A program made the translations under genes and the position numbers. Positions 8,949 to 18,875 of a stretch of 54,102 nucleotides of DNA are shown here, piece by piece (within the stretch, counting starts at the first letter, position 1; each line of letters starts with the position of its first letter). Below the pieces are notes generated by a model. It worked only from the letters and a program-made list of their open reading frames with translations, made no database searches and had not been told where the DNA came from. This DNA comes from Candidatus Deferrimicrobiaceae bacterium (GTDB lineage Bacteria > Desulfobacterota > Deferrimicrobia > Deferrimicrobiales > Deferrimicrobiaceae), in the NCBI GenBank assembly GCA_049578085.1, contig JBAULH010000068.1:1-54102 (forward strand). Direction: 5' to 3'.

Positions 8949-10364
8949 ATGGAGTTTGAAGCGGTCATCGGCCTGGAGGTGCACGCCCAGCTGGCGACGG
9001 AGAGCAAGATCTTCTGTCCTTGCCGTGCGAAGTTCGGGGCGGCGCCCAACGAGAACACCTGCCCGGTCTGCACGGGGATGCCGGGCGTATTGCCCGTCCT
9101 GAACCGCAGGGCGGTGGAGTTCGCCATCCGGACGGCGCTGGCTACCTCCTGCAAGGTACAGGAAAGAAGCGTCTTCGCGCGGAAAAACTACTTCTACCCG
9201 GATCTGCCGAAGGCCTACCAGATATCGCAGTACGAGCTCCCCCTGGCCGTCTCCGGCCACATCGACATCGAGGTGGAGGGAGCGACCCGAAGGATCGGGA
9301 TCACCCGTATTCATCTGGAGGAGGACGCGGGCAAGCTCGTCCACGCCGGGGCCTTCGCGGGAGCGCAGACGTCGCTTGCCGACCTCAACCGCTGCTCGGT
9401 CCCTCTCATGGAGATCGTCTCCGAACCGGACATCCGGACGCCGGAGGAAGGAGGAGCCTACCTTCGCCGGCTTCGGGACATCCTCGTCTACCTGGAGGTC
9501 TGCGACGGGAACATGGAGGAAGGGTCGTTCCGCTGCGACGCGAACGTGTCCGTCCGGCCGAAAGGAAGGAAGGAGTTCGGGACCCGGACCGAACTCAAGA
9601 ACATGAATTCCTTCCGGAACGTGGAGAAGGGCCTCGAGCACGAGATCCGCCGGCAGATCGGGGTGATCGAGGACGGCGGCGCGGTCGTCCAGGAAACGAG
9701 ACTTTGGGACGCGGACGCCGGCGTGACCGTCTCCATGCGCGGCAAGGAGGAGGCGCATGACTACCGGTACTTCCCCGACCCGGATCTGCTCCCGCTCCAC
9801 TTCGATGCCGCGTGGGTCGAGGAGCTTGGAAAAACGATTCCGGAACTTCCCGGGGAGAAGATCGCGCGCCTTTCTTCCCGGTACGGGATCCCCCGTTACG
9901 ACGCGGAGCTTCTCTCCTCCTCGCGGTTGCTTGCCGACAGCTTCGAGGCGTCGGTGGCCGCCTTCGGCGGGAACCCGAAGATGACCGCGAACGAATGCAT
10001 CCAGTGGAAAGAGGCCATCGTCGCGGGAAAACTTTCTCCGGAGACGATCGCGCACGTCGTGGAGGACCGCGAGACCGGAACGATCTCCGCCACGGCCTCC
10101 AAGACGCTGGTGGAGATCGCGATCGAGACGGGGAAACCCGTCCGGCAGATCCGGGACGAAAAGGGGCTGACCCAGGTCTCCGACGCAGGGGCGCTCGAGG
10201 CGATCGTGGACAAGGTCATCGCGGGGAACCCGAAGGAGGTTACGAGCTACCGCGCCGGCAAGGCCGGCCTGCTCTCCTTCTTCGTGGGGCAGGTCATGAA
10301 GGAGACCCGGGGCAAGGCGAACCCGAGGGTGGTCCAGGAGGTTTTGAAGGCCAAACTCGGGTAG
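8949..10364 (+). CDS. gatB: Asp/Glu-tRNA amidotransferase subunit B
   Basis: The start MEFEAVIGLEVHAQL is at the ATG at 8949 inside track ORF 8832..10364. Also KNYFYPDLPKAYQISQ, and a C-terminal GatB/YqeY domain. Confidence 0.95.
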   Translation: MEFEAVIGLEVHAQLATESKIFCPCRAKFGAAPNENTCPVCTGMPGVLPVLNRRAVEFAIRTALATSCKVQERSVFARKNYFYPDLPKAYQISQYELPLAVSGHIDIEVEGATRRIGITRIHLEEDAGKLVHAGAFAGAQTSLADLNRCSVPLMEIVSEPDIRTPEEGGAYLRRLRDILVYLEVCDGNMEEGSFRCDANVSVRPKGRKEFGTRTELKNMNSFRNVEKGLEHEIRRQIGVIEDGGAVVQETRLWDADAGVTVSMRGKEEAHDYRYFPDPDLLPLHFDAAWVEELGKTIPELPGEKIARLSSRYGIPRYDAELLSSSRLLADSFEASVAAFGGNPKMTANECIQWKEAIVAGKLSPETIAHVVEDRETGTISATASKTLVEIAIETGKPVRQIRDEKGLTQVSDAGALEAIVDKVIAGNPKEVTSYRAGKAGLLSFFVGQVMKETRGKANPRVVQEVLKAKLG

Positions 10365-10374
10365 GAGATAAGCG

Positions 10375-12891
10375 ATGCGGAAAGCAGCGATCGTCCTGGC
10401 AGTCGTCCTCCTGGTATTCGTGGCCCTCATCCTTCTGGTTCCCCGGCTGGTGTCGGTCGACTCCCTGAAACCCCGCCTCGTGGCGGCGCTCGAAGAGAAG
10501 ACCGGCCGCAAGATCGACCTTTCGGGCCTTTCCCTGTCGCTGTTCCCCGGAATCGGAGTGAAGGTAGCCGGGCTTACGGTCTCGGGGGACGCGCGCCACC
10601 CCGGAGAACGGCTGCTGTCGGTGCCGGAGGCCGAAATCCGGCTGGCGATCGCTCCGCTTTTTTCCAGGAAGGTGGAGTTCACGAAGGTCATCCTTCGTCG
10701 GCCGGAGATCCGGTTCCGGAAATACCGCGACGGAACGCATTCCGTAACCGATATCCTCAACCGGCGGGCGGGGGAGGAGAAGCCTGCTGCCGCGCCGCCC
10801 GCAGGGGAAAAAGAGGAAGGGGTGGCCCTGGTCCTGGGTGCAGTGAGCATCGAGGAGGCGAAACTCGTTCTCCGTCTGGAGGAAAAAGACGGCGCAGAGA
10901 CCCGCTGGGAGATCTCCCCGTTCACCGTCCTCCTGTCCGGCATCGGGGACAGGCGGAACGACTTCGAGATCCGGACCCGGATCGAGGGGCTGGTCCGGGG
11001 CGAGGTATCGTTTGCCGGACACCTTTCCCGTGTGCAAGGGGGAGAAACCGGACGCGCCGCATCCGCCATACAGGGGGAGGGGATGCTGTTCGGGCAGAAG
11101 GTGTCGGTAGCAGGAGAGATCTACGCCGGGAAGGAGTCCCCTGCGGTCGATCTCGCGATCTCCTTCCCGGGCATCGAGATGGACAAGCTTCCGGAAATGC
11201 TCAAGGACCCGCCGGACCGCCTGGCGCAGGCGCGGCTTACTGGGGTCATCCCCCTTTCCGTGAAGATCACCGGAAAGCTATCGTCACCGGCATTCGAAGC
11301 CAAGGCCGATCTCACCCGCGCAGGCGGGACGCTCAACGCGGATCCGGAACTGCGGAAGGACATCGGCACGACGTGCACGATAGTGGCGAAAGGAAGCTAC
11401 GCCCCCGATCGACTGCAAGTATCGAGCGCGGAACTTCGCATGTCCCCCCTGTCCGTCACCGCGAGCGCCGTCCTGCATCCCGGAACGGGGGCGCGGGAAT
11501 GGGCGGCATCCGCGAAGATTTCCTCCCTTGCCGATCTTGGAGCGATCCGCGGAGCGGGACCGCTCTCGAAATGGTCCCCCGAGGGAAGCTTTACGGCTGC
11601 GGGGAAGGGGAGGCGGGAGAAATCGGCGGCGAACGAAACGTACGAAGGAAAAGTCGACCTCGGGGAGGTCGGACTCCGGATTCCGGGAAGGGGCATTGAT
11701 CTCCGGAAGCTGACCGGAAAGATCGGCCTCACCTCCGGGTCCGTCGAGATTTCCCGTCTCACCGGGCTGCTCAACGGCAAGCGCTTTTCCCTTACCGGCA
11801 ACGCCTCCCTCGGTGCCGCCACCATCGGACAGGCGGACCTGCGGATGTCGTACCTGGACGTGGACGCTCTCTTTCCTCCCCGGAAGGAAGGGGACAAGCA
11901 AGAAGAGAAGGAGGCTGCGCCCGGGAAACCGGGGAAGGAGGAAAGAAAAAAACGGGAGGTTTCCGCGCAGGTACTTGTTGCGATCGATGCCGGGAAGGCG
12001 AGGGGAGTGGAGTTTACCGATCTTAAGGGACGGGTCCGTTACGAAAAGGGGAATCTGCACCTCGATTCCCTGACCGCGCGGATGTACGGCGGGGACGTCG
12101 CCATTTCCGGAATCGTGGGACTTGCTTCTCCCACCCCCGATTTCCAGGTCAAGGTGGCGCTCAAGGACCTGGCGGCCGAGGAAATCCTTTCCCGCAAGAC
12201 CTCCCTGAAGGACTTTCTCTCCGGCCCCGTTTCGCTTTCGGCGGACCTGGGCGGCGGGATGAAGGACTTCGCCGACTTCACGCGCACCGCGACCGGGGCA
12301 GGCTCCATCAAGGTAACCAATGGTAAAATCAAGGGGTTGGACTTGCTCTCCACGGCGGCCGGGCTTGCCGGCCTTGCGTCCCTCGTCCCCGGTACAACGG
12401 CGACGCGCGGGGAGGCGGCGAGGGGGGAGACCCCGTTTTCGGACCTTTCGGCTTCCTTCCGGGTCGAGGGCGGGAAGATCAGTTCGGAATCCCTGCGGAT
12501 CGTCTCCGACAAACTGGGACTTGCCGGAAAGGTCGCCGTGGGTTTCGACCGGACGCTCGATTTCCGGGGAGTGCTCCGACCGTCCCGGGAGATGTCGGAG
12601 CGTGTTCGTGCAAAGGCGGGAACGTTTCTCGTCGGGCAGAACGGAGAAGTGGAGATCCCCCTTGTCATGTCGGGGCCGCTTTCCTCCCCGGCGGTGACTC
12701 TCGACACCGCGGCGCTTGCGAATAGCACCGGGGAAAGGCTCCTCAAAGGGTTAACCGAGAAGATCTCGGGGCGGTCGGGTTCCTCCGCAGCGGACAATGC
12801 CGCGAAGGAGGCTCCCGCGAAAACACCGGAGCGACGGGAGCCGATGAAGGAAGTGGAGGGGCTGTTCCGGAAATTCCTCCCGGGAAAGTAG
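10375..12891 (+). CDS. AsmA-family outer-membrane biogenesis protein
   Basis: It has an N-terminal membrane anchor (AIVLAVVLLVFVALILLV). A long repetitive beta-rich body follows, with an AsmA-like N-terminus (LKPRLVAALEEKTGRKIDLSGLSLSLFPG) and C-terminus. Confidence 0.8.
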   Translation: MRKAAIVLAVVLLVFVALILLVPRLVSVDSLKPRLVAALEEKTGRKIDLSGLSLSLFPGIGVKVAGLTVSGDARHPGERLLSVPEAEIRLAIAPLFSRKVEFTKVILRRPEIRFRKYRDGTHSVTDILNRRAGEEKPAAAPPAGEKEEGVALVLGAVSIEEAKLVLRLEEKDGAETRWEISPFTVLLSGIGDRRNDFEIRTRIEGLVRGEVSFAGHLSRVQGGETGRAASAIQGEGMLFGQKVSVAGEIYAGKESPAVDLAISFPGIEMDKLPEMLKDPPDRLAQARLTGVIPLSVKITGKLSSPAFEAKADLTRAGGTLNADPELRKDIGTTCTIVAKGSYAPDRLQVSSAELRMSPLSVTASAVLHPGTGAREWAASAKISSLADLGAIRGAGPLSKWSPEGSFTAAGKGRREKSAANETYEGKVDLGEVGLRIPGRGIDLRKLTGKIGLTSGSVEISRLTGLLNGKRFSLTGNASLGAATIGQADLRMSYLDVDALFPPRKEGDKQEEKEAAPGKPGKEERKKREVSAQVLVAIDAGKARGVEFTDLKGRVRYEKGNLHLDSLTARMYGGDVAISGIVGLASPTPDFQVKVALKDLAAEEILSRKTSLKDFLSGPVSLSADLGGGMKDFADFTRTATGAGSIKVTNGKIKGLDLLSTAAGLAGLASLVPGTTATRGEAARGETPFSDLSASFRVEGGKISSESLRIVSDKLGLAGKVAVGFDRTLDFRGVLRPSREMSERVRAKAGTFLVGQNGEVEIPLVMSGPLSSPAVTLDTAALANSTGERLLKGLTEKISGRSGSSAADNAAKEAPAKTPERREPMKEVEGLFRKFLPGK

Positions 12892-12893
12892 GG

Positions 12894-13493
12894 GTGAGCA
12901 AGATGGCAAAGCAGCGCGGAGCCCTTCTCGTCATCGACATGCTCGAGGATTTCGTGCGGCCCGGAGCGCCGCTCGAGGTTCCGCGGACGAGGGACATCCT
13001 CCCGGCGCTTCGCCGCCGCGTATCGCGTGCCCGCCGGGACGGGGAACTCGTCGTGTACGTATGCGATTCCCACAGGAAAAACGACCCTGAGTTTGCCCGG
13101 ATGGGGTGGCCGCCTCACGCCGTGGCGGGGACGAAGGGAGCCGCCGTCGTCCGTGAGATCGCGCCGGAACCCGGGGATGTGGTCGTGGAGAAGAAGACCT
13201 ATTCCGGATTCCACCGCACCCATCTTCCTTCCGTACTCCGTCGCCACGACATCGGGTCGTTGTCCCTGTCCGGGTGTGTCACCAATATCTGCATCCTGTA
13301 TACTGCCGCCGACGCCGCCATGCGCGGATACGACGTCACCGTGGAGGAATCGGTCGTGGCGGGCCTGGACGACGAGTCGCACCGGTTCGCGCTCGACCAG
13401 ATGGAGAAGGTGCTGGGAGTACGCGTGGTCCGTGGGCGAGGACACTCCTCTCCCGTTGGGGGGGGACACTCCTCAACGGACAACTCGAAATAG
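12894..13493 (+). CDS. pncA: Isochorismatase-family cysteine hydrolase, probable nicotinamidase
   Basis: LLVIDMLEDF, KKTYSGF and LSGCVTNICI (catalytic Cys), adjacent to a nicotinate phosphoribosyltransferase. The start is GTG 12894 or ATG 12903. The last ~18 codons run into a repeat element (see findings). Confidence 0.8.
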   Translation: MSKMAKQRGALLVIDMLEDFVRPGAPLEVPRTRDILPALRRRVSRARRDGELVVYVCDSHRKNDPEFARMGWPPHAVAGTKGAAVVREIAPEPGDVVVEKKTYSGFHRTHLPSVLRRHDIGSLSLSGCVTNICILYTAADAAMRGYDVTVEESVVAGLDDESHRFALDQMEKVLGVRVVRGRGHSSPVGGGHSSTDNSK

Positions 13494-13504
13494 GAATGTC
13501 CCCC
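13461..13504. repeat. REP-like hairpin (stem gggggacactcc / ggaatgtccccc, 20-nt loop) with tandemly duplicated arms
   Basis: The arms pair at 11 of 12 positions. The left-arm unit ggacactcctc occurs at 13440-13450 and 13464-13474. The right-arm unit ggaatgtcccc occurs at 13493-13503 and 13508-13518. Confidence 0.7.
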
Positions 13505-13540
13505 GTGGGAATGTCCCCGGTGAAGAAAGGAGCGAGGGAG

Positions 13541-14716
13541 ATGAACGCGATCCCCAGTCAGGAGGAGATCCGCCGGGGAGACACGACGGACGTCTATTTC
13601 GTCCGCACCATGGAGGTCCTGAAGAAACTGGGGAAGGAGAAGGTGCGGGTGAAGGCGGAAGGCTACGTCAAGCGGTTCCCGGACGCTTACGAACACGCGG
13701 TCCTGGCGGGGATGGACGAGATGCTCTCCCTGCTTTCGGGCAGGGACGTGGACGTGCACGCGATGGGGGAGGGGTCCCTCTTTTTGCTCGAGGAACCGGT
13801 CTTTTCCATCGAGGGGCCGTACGGCGAGTTCTGCGAGATGGAGACGGCTATGCTCGGCATCCTCTGTCAGGCCTCCGGGATCGCCACGAAGACCTCCCGC
13901 ATCAAGGGGCTGGCCGGAGACCGGACGGTCCTAAGCTTCGGGGCGCGGCGCATGCATCCTGCGCTTTCCACCGTCATCGACAGGTATGCCTTCCTCGGAG
14001 GGGCGGACGGCGTCTCCGCGGTGCGCAGCGCCGCCTTCCTCGGTGAGCCCCCCCAGGGAACGATGCCGCACGCCCTCGTCCTGGTGATCGGGGACACCGT
14101 CGAGGCCCTCCGGGGATTCGACCAGGCGGTGGCGGCGGATATTCCCCGCATCTGCCTGATCGACACCCTTGGGGACGAGAAGTTCGAAGCCCTCCGGGCG
14201 GCGGAGGCCCTGGGGAAGTCGCTGGCCGCCGTCCGCCTCGACACCCCCTCCTCGCGCAGGGGAAATTTCCGGAAGATCCTCCAGGAAGTCCGTTGGGAGC
14301 TCGACCTGCGGGGATTCTCCCACGTGCGGATCCTCGTCTCGGGGGGACTCGGCGAGCAGGATATCCTCTCCCTGCGGGACATCGTGGACGGGTTCGGTGT
14401 AGGAACGTGCATCAGCAACGCCCCCACCATCGACTTCTCCCTGGACATCGTGGAGGTGGAAGACCGCCCGTTCGCCAAGCGGGGGAAACTCTCCGGCGGC
14501 AAGCAGGTGGTCCGATGCGGAACGTGCGACCATCGAGCGGTCGTCCCGGAAGCCAAAAGCCCGGAACCGTGCCGCTGCGGGTCCCCGACGGAGCACCTCC
14601 TTCTTCCGGCGATGAAGGGGGGAAAGGTGATTGCTCCCGCCCTCTCTCCGCACGAGTTGCGGGGGAGGGTGACGGACCAGGTGGCCAAATTTCACGCTCG
14701 GGGAGAAAGCCGATGA
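13541..14716 (+). CDS. pncB: Nicotinate phosphoribosyltransferase with a C-terminal Cys-rich (zinc-ribbon-like) tail
   Basis: ATG 13541 is preceded by AAAGGAG. DTTDVYFVRT, FGARRMHP, GTMPHA and RLDTPSSRRG are typical of type II PRTases. The tail is RCGTCDHRAVVPEAKSPEPCRCGSP. Confidence 0.85.
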   Translation: MNAIPSQEEIRRGDTTDVYFVRTMEVLKKLGKEKVRVKAEGYVKRFPDAYEHAVLAGMDEMLSLLSGRDVDVHAMGEGSLFLLEEPVFSIEGPYGEFCEMETAMLGILCQASGIATKTSRIKGLAGDRTVLSFGARRMHPALSTVIDRYAFLGGADGVSAVRSAAFLGEPPQGTMPHALVLVIGDTVEALRGFDQAVAADIPRICLIDTLGDEKFEALRAAEALGKSLAAVRLDTPSSRRGNFRKILQEVRWELDLRGFSHVRILVSGGLGEQDILSLRDIVDGFGVGTCISNAPTIDFSLDIVEVEDRPFAKRGKLSGGKQVVRCGTCDHRAVVPEAKSPEPCRCGSPTEHLLLPAMKGGKVIAPALSPHELRGRVTDQVAKFHARGESR

Positions 14717-15768
14717 AGGAAGGACCCCTCGGTGGGAGCGGGTCGATGAAGACCCTGGAGTGGAAGGGGGATGCGCTGCTGCTGCTCAATCAGCGCATCC
14801 TTCCGCTGAGGGAGTCGATGACGAGTACCACCCAGGCTTCGGAAGTGGCCAACGCCATCCGGACGATGGTGGTGCGGGGCGCGCCCGCGATCGGCGTGGC
14901 GGCCGCGTTTGGTCTGGTGCTGGCCGTGCAGAACGCCACCCGGAAACGGCTTCCGTGGCGCGAGGAGTTCCGCAGGGCCGCCCAGGAACTTCGGGCCACC
15001 CGGCCCACGGCCGTGAACCTCTCCTGGGCAATCGACCGGATGCACAAGGTGGCGGAACGGCTGCCCGACGAGCCCGAGGGGGCCGCCTACTATCTCGAGA
15101 AAGAGGCGATTGCGATATTCGACGAGGATGTCGTCGCCAACCGGCGGATGGGAGCGCACGGCGGGAAGCTTCTCAAGTCCGGCTCGGTGATCACCCACTG
15201 CAATGCCGGCGGCCTTGCGACGACGGGGTACGGCACGGCGCTGGGTGTGGTGCGGGCGGCGGTCGCGGCGGGGAAGAAGCTCCACGTCTATGTGGATGAG
15301 ACGAGACCCTTTCTCCAGGGGGCCAGGCTGACCGCGTGGGAGCTTGTAAAAGACGGCATCCCGTGCACCCTCATCACGGACTCCATGGCCGCCACGATCC
15401 TCCGGGCGGGGAAGGTCCAGGCGGCGATCGTCGGGGCGGACCGGATCGCCGCCAATGGCGACGTGGCGAACAAGATCGGCACCTACGGACTGGCCGTGAT
15501 GTGTCGGGCCCACAAGGTTCCCTTTTACGTGGCGGCCCCCCTATCCACCATCGATCCGTTCGTCCGGACCGGGAAAGCGATCCCCATCGAGGAGCGGGAC
15601 GGCAGAGAGGTGACCCACTTCCTGGGGACGCGCATCGCCCCCGACGGCATCGACGTGTACAACCCCGCCTTCGACATTACCCCGGCGAAGTACGTGACCG
15701 CCATCGTCACGGAAAAGGGCGTGCTCCGTCCCCCCTTCCCCGGGTCCATCCGGAAGCTCTTTCGGTGA
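14713..15768 (+). CDS. mtnA: S-methyl-5-thioribose-1-phosphate isomerase (eIF-2B alpha/beta/delta-like family)
   Basis: ATG 14713 overlaps the pncB stop (ATGA). Motifs: LEWKGDALLLLNQRILP, VRGAPAIGVAAAFG, THCNAG, ADRIAANGDVANKIGTY, PAFDITP. Confidence 0.85.
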   Translation: MKEGPLGGSGSMKTLEWKGDALLLLNQRILPLRESMTSTTQASEVANAIRTMVVRGAPAIGVAAAFGLVLAVQNATRKRLPWREEFRRAAQELRATRPTAVNLSWAIDRMHKVAERLPDEPEGAAYYLEKEAIAIFDEDVVANRRMGAHGGKLLKSGSVITHCNAGGLATTGYGTALGVVRAAVAAGKKLHVYVDETRPFLQGARLTAWELVKDGIPCTLITDSMAATILRAGKVQAAIVGADRIAANGDVANKIGTYGLAVMCRAHKVPFYVAAPLSTIDPFVRTGKAIPIEERDGREVTHFLGTRIAPDGIDVYNPAFDITPAKYVTAIVTEKGVLRPPFPGSIRKLFR

Positions 15769-18700
15769 CGACTCCGCCCCGCCCGGACTCCCCGTGCGAC
15801 CGGCTGGGGGAGATTGGCGTCGTGGACACCTCCCGGGCGCTTCCCCTCGTCGAGGAGATCCGAAAACGGATCCCGTGGACGGAATCGGTCTGGGAGGCGC
15901 TCTTCGCGGGCGCCAGGGCGGCACCCGATCCGACGTTGTACTTCCTGAACCTGTCGAAGCTGTTCGATTCTCTTCCCCCCGAGGATATGGTGCGGGCGTA
16001 TGCGCGCCCGGGGAACCCCCCGGTATTGGGCGCCCTTCTCGGCGGATCGGAATCGGTGCCCGAACAGCTGGCGAGGCGCAGGGACGTATTCTCCTTCCTC
16101 TTTCTCGAGGGGGGGTACGCGGAAGCGGGATCGCCCGACTCCCTTCTGTCCGAGGCGATGGGGCTGGCCGACCGATGCGGGACCGAGGGGGAGATACAGG
16201 CGGCTTTGCGAAGCCTTAGGCACCGCGAGTTGGCTCGGGTTGCCGCACGCGATCTCGCAGGGCTGGCAACGCTGCCCGAAGTGATGGCGGACCTCTCCGC
16301 GCTGGCCTCCGCTTCCCTGGCGGGTGCCGTACGGTTCGCCCGCCGGCATCTCTCCGATAGGTACGGCGCTGCCATGATCGAGACAGTGGGGGGAGAACGG
16401 CGCGAGTGCGGGTTCGTCGTCCTGGGGATGGGGAAGCTCGGGGGTCACGAGCTCAACTTCAGCTCGGACATCGATCTGCTTTACCTGTACGAGACCGAGC
16501 AAGGGATGACGGAGGGCGGCAAGGGAAAGGAGGAGGTGCCCCTCCATCAGTATTTCGTCCGACTCTGCGAGGTGATCACCCGGATCATCTCCGAGGTCAC
16601 GGAGGACGGATTCGTCTTTCGCGTCGACCTGCGGCTCCGTCCTGACGGAACGAAGGGGGAACTCGCCAACTCCCTCCGGTCCGCCGAGATCTATTATGAG
16701 TCGTGGGGGCAAACGTGGGAGCGCGGAGCGATGATCAAGGCCCGGCCCGTAGCGGGGGATTTCTGGGTCGGTGAGGGGTTCCTGAGGATCATCACCCCGT
16801 TCGTGTACCGGAAGTACCTGGACTTTACCTCCCTCGAGGAGATCAAGGAGATGAAGGACCGGATCGACCTTGCGTCCGCGCGCGCCCATAAGCATGAGCA
16901 GGATCTGAAACTGGGCACAGGCGGTATACGGGAAATCGAGTTCTTCGCCCAGGCGCACCAGCTGATCTACGGAGGGAAAAATCCGGACCTGCGGCTCCGG
17001 GGAACGATGGAAACGCTGCGGGCGCTCGTCGGGGCGGGCATCGTCTCGCAGGGAGAGTGCGACACGCTGGAGAGCGCGTACGGATTCCTGCGGTCACTCG
17101 AGCACAGGATCCAGGTCTATCAGGACCGGCAGACCCACGTTCTCCCGCGAAAGGAGGGGGACCTGTTGCGCCTGGCGCGGACCATGAATTTGCCCGACGC
17201 GGAAGCACTGTTGTCCGCGGTCGACCGGCACACCGGGGACGTCCGGGCGATCTACAATCGTCTCTTCCGGGGGCCAACGGAGGAGGCCGGGCCGGAGATT
17301 CCTCCCGAAGTGTTCGCCGTTCTGGACCAGGATACGGAGGAGGAGGATCTCGCCGAACGGATTTCGGCGTTGGGGTTTGCCGATCAGGCGGCGGCACGCC
17401 GGAACGTGGGGATGCTCAGGGACGGTCCTGCGTTCACCCGGATGCCGGCGCGGGCGCGACGGTACCTGGGGAAGATCGCCCCCCTGATCCTTTCCCGCGT
17501 GCTCCGTTCCCCGGACCCCGACATGGCGCTCCACCACACGGAGCGGTTTCTTTCCGCGGTCGGGGCACGGACGATGTTCTACGCCTTGCTCTTCGAGAAC
17601 CGGGAGGTGATCGACGTGCTCGTCCGGCTCTTCGGCAGCAGCCGGTTTCTTTCCGGGCATCTCCTGCTGAACCCCGAGTTGATGGATACCTTCCTGCGGA
17701 AGGATCCCCCCCTCCTGGTCAAGACGAAGTCCGAAATGAGAAAGGAATTGGGGGAAGCGCTTTCGGCGTGCACCGATTTCGAGCAGGAGCTGGACGAACT
17801 CCGACGGGACAAGAACATGGAGACGCTGCGGATCGGCATGAACGACCTCTCCGGCAACCTTTCGCTGGAGGAGGGGATGTTCCAGCTGTCGGCCTTGGCG
17901 GAGGTCCTTCTGTCGTACGCCCTTGTCATGGCCCGGCGGGAGACGGGGAAGAAATTCGGCGTCCCGATGGTGACCGGCGAAGGGGGGAGAGGCGTCGAAG
18001 CGGAGTTCTGCGTGCTGGGGATGGGGAAGCTGGGCGCCGAGGAGCTTTCCTACCACAGCGACCTCGACATCATCTTCCTTTACTCCGGGGCGGGGGAGAC
18101 CGCCCCCCTTCCCGGACAGGACTCCGCGGAGTTTCGCAAGGTGTCGAATCACGAGTATTTCGCCAAGGTGGCGCAGCGGCTGATCTCGATTCTGACGACC
18201 GCCACGCGGGAAGGGTACGTCTATCACCTCGACACGCGACTACGTCCCTCGGGGAATGCGGGCCCCCTCGTCTCCTCCCTGGCTGCGTTCGAGCGGTACC
18301 ACGAACAGTCCGCCCAACTCTGGGAGCGTCAGGCGCTCCTCAAGTGCCGCTTCGTGGCGGGGGACCGGAATTTCGGGAAGCAGGTGGAAGCGATGGTCTC
18401 CCGGTTCATCTTCGACCGGCCCCTGCCCCCCGATACTCCGGACGAGATCAACCGGCTCCGGAAGCGCATGGAGAAAGAGTTGGGGAAGGAGCGTCAGGAC
18501 CGGCGGAATCTCAAGGTGGGCCGGGGAGGGATCGTCGATGTCGAATTCGCCGTGCAGTACCTGCAGCTCGTGCACGGTCCGGGCAACCGGTTCCTTCGCG
18601 CCCGGGCAACCCTTGCGGCCCTCTACGAGCTCCTGCGGGCGAACGTCCTTTGCGATGACGATTTCCAGGCGATGGACGGGGGATACCGATTCCTGCGCGC

Positions 18701-18872
18701 CCTGGAGGTTTCCCTGCGCCTCTCCCACGATGCTTCCATCGAGCAGTTCGACCCGTCCCGGCTGCCCGCGGAACAGGCGGACCGGTACCGCCGGGAGACG
18801 GAGGCCGTCCGGAGGATCTACCTGAAAATTCTCGGGATAACGGAACAGGAGCAGGAGCGCGGAGGCACCTAG
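15765..18872 (+). CDS. glnE: Bifunctional glutamine synthetase adenylyltransferase/adenylyl-removing enzyme
   Basis: GTG 15765 overlaps the mtnA stop (GTGA). It has two nucleotidyltransferase modules (GMGKLGGHELNFSSDIDLLYLY and GMGKLGAEELSYHSDLDIIFLY) plus GlnE-type helical domains. Confidence 0.9.
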   Translation: MTTPPRPDSPCDRLGEIGVVDTSRALPLVEEIRKRIPWTESVWEALFAGARAAPDPTLYFLNLSKLFDSLPPEDMVRAYARPGNPPVLGALLGGSESVPEQLARRRDVFSFLFLEGGYAEAGSPDSLLSEAMGLADRCGTEGEIQAALRSLRHRELARVAARDLAGLATLPEVMADLSALASASLAGAVRFARRHLSDRYGAAMIETVGGERRECGFVVLGMGKLGGHELNFSSDIDLLYLYETEQGMTEGGKGKEEVPLHQYFVRLCEVITRIISEVTEDGFVFRVDLRLRPDGTKGELANSLRSAEIYYESWGQTWERGAMIKARPVAGDFWVGEGFLRIITPFVYRKYLDFTSLEEIKEMKDRIDLASARAHKHEQDLKLGTGGIREIEFFAQAHQLIYGGKNPDLRLRGTMETLRALVGAGIVSQGECDTLESAYGFLRSLEHRIQVYQDRQTHVLPRKEGDLLRLARTMNLPDAEALLSAVDRHTGDVRAIYNRLFRGPTEEAGPEIPPEVFAVLDQDTEEEDLAERISALGFADQAAARRNVGMLRDGPAFTRMPARARRYLGKIAPLILSRVLRSPDPDMALHHTERFLSAVGARTMFYALLFENREVIDVLVRLFGSSRFLSGHLLLNPELMDTFLRKDPPLLVKTKSEMRKELGEALSACTDFEQELDELRRDKNMETLRIGMNDLSGNLSLEEGMFQLSALAEVLLSYALVMARRETGKKFGVPMVTGEGGRGVEAEFCVLGMGKLGAEELSYHSDLDIIFLYSGAGETAPLPGQDSAEFRKVSNHEYFAKVAQRLISILTTATREGYVYHLDTRLRPSGNAGPLVSSLAAFERYHEQSAQLWERQALLKCRFVAGDRNFGKQVEAMVSRFIFDRPLPPDTPDEINRLRKRMEKELGKERQDRRNLKVGRGGIVDVEFAVQYLQLVHGPGNRFLRARATLAALYELLRANVLCDDDFQAMDGGYRFLRALEVSLRLSHDASIEQFDPSRLPAEQADRYRRETEAVRRIYLKILGITEQEQERGGT

Positions 18873-18875
18873 CGA

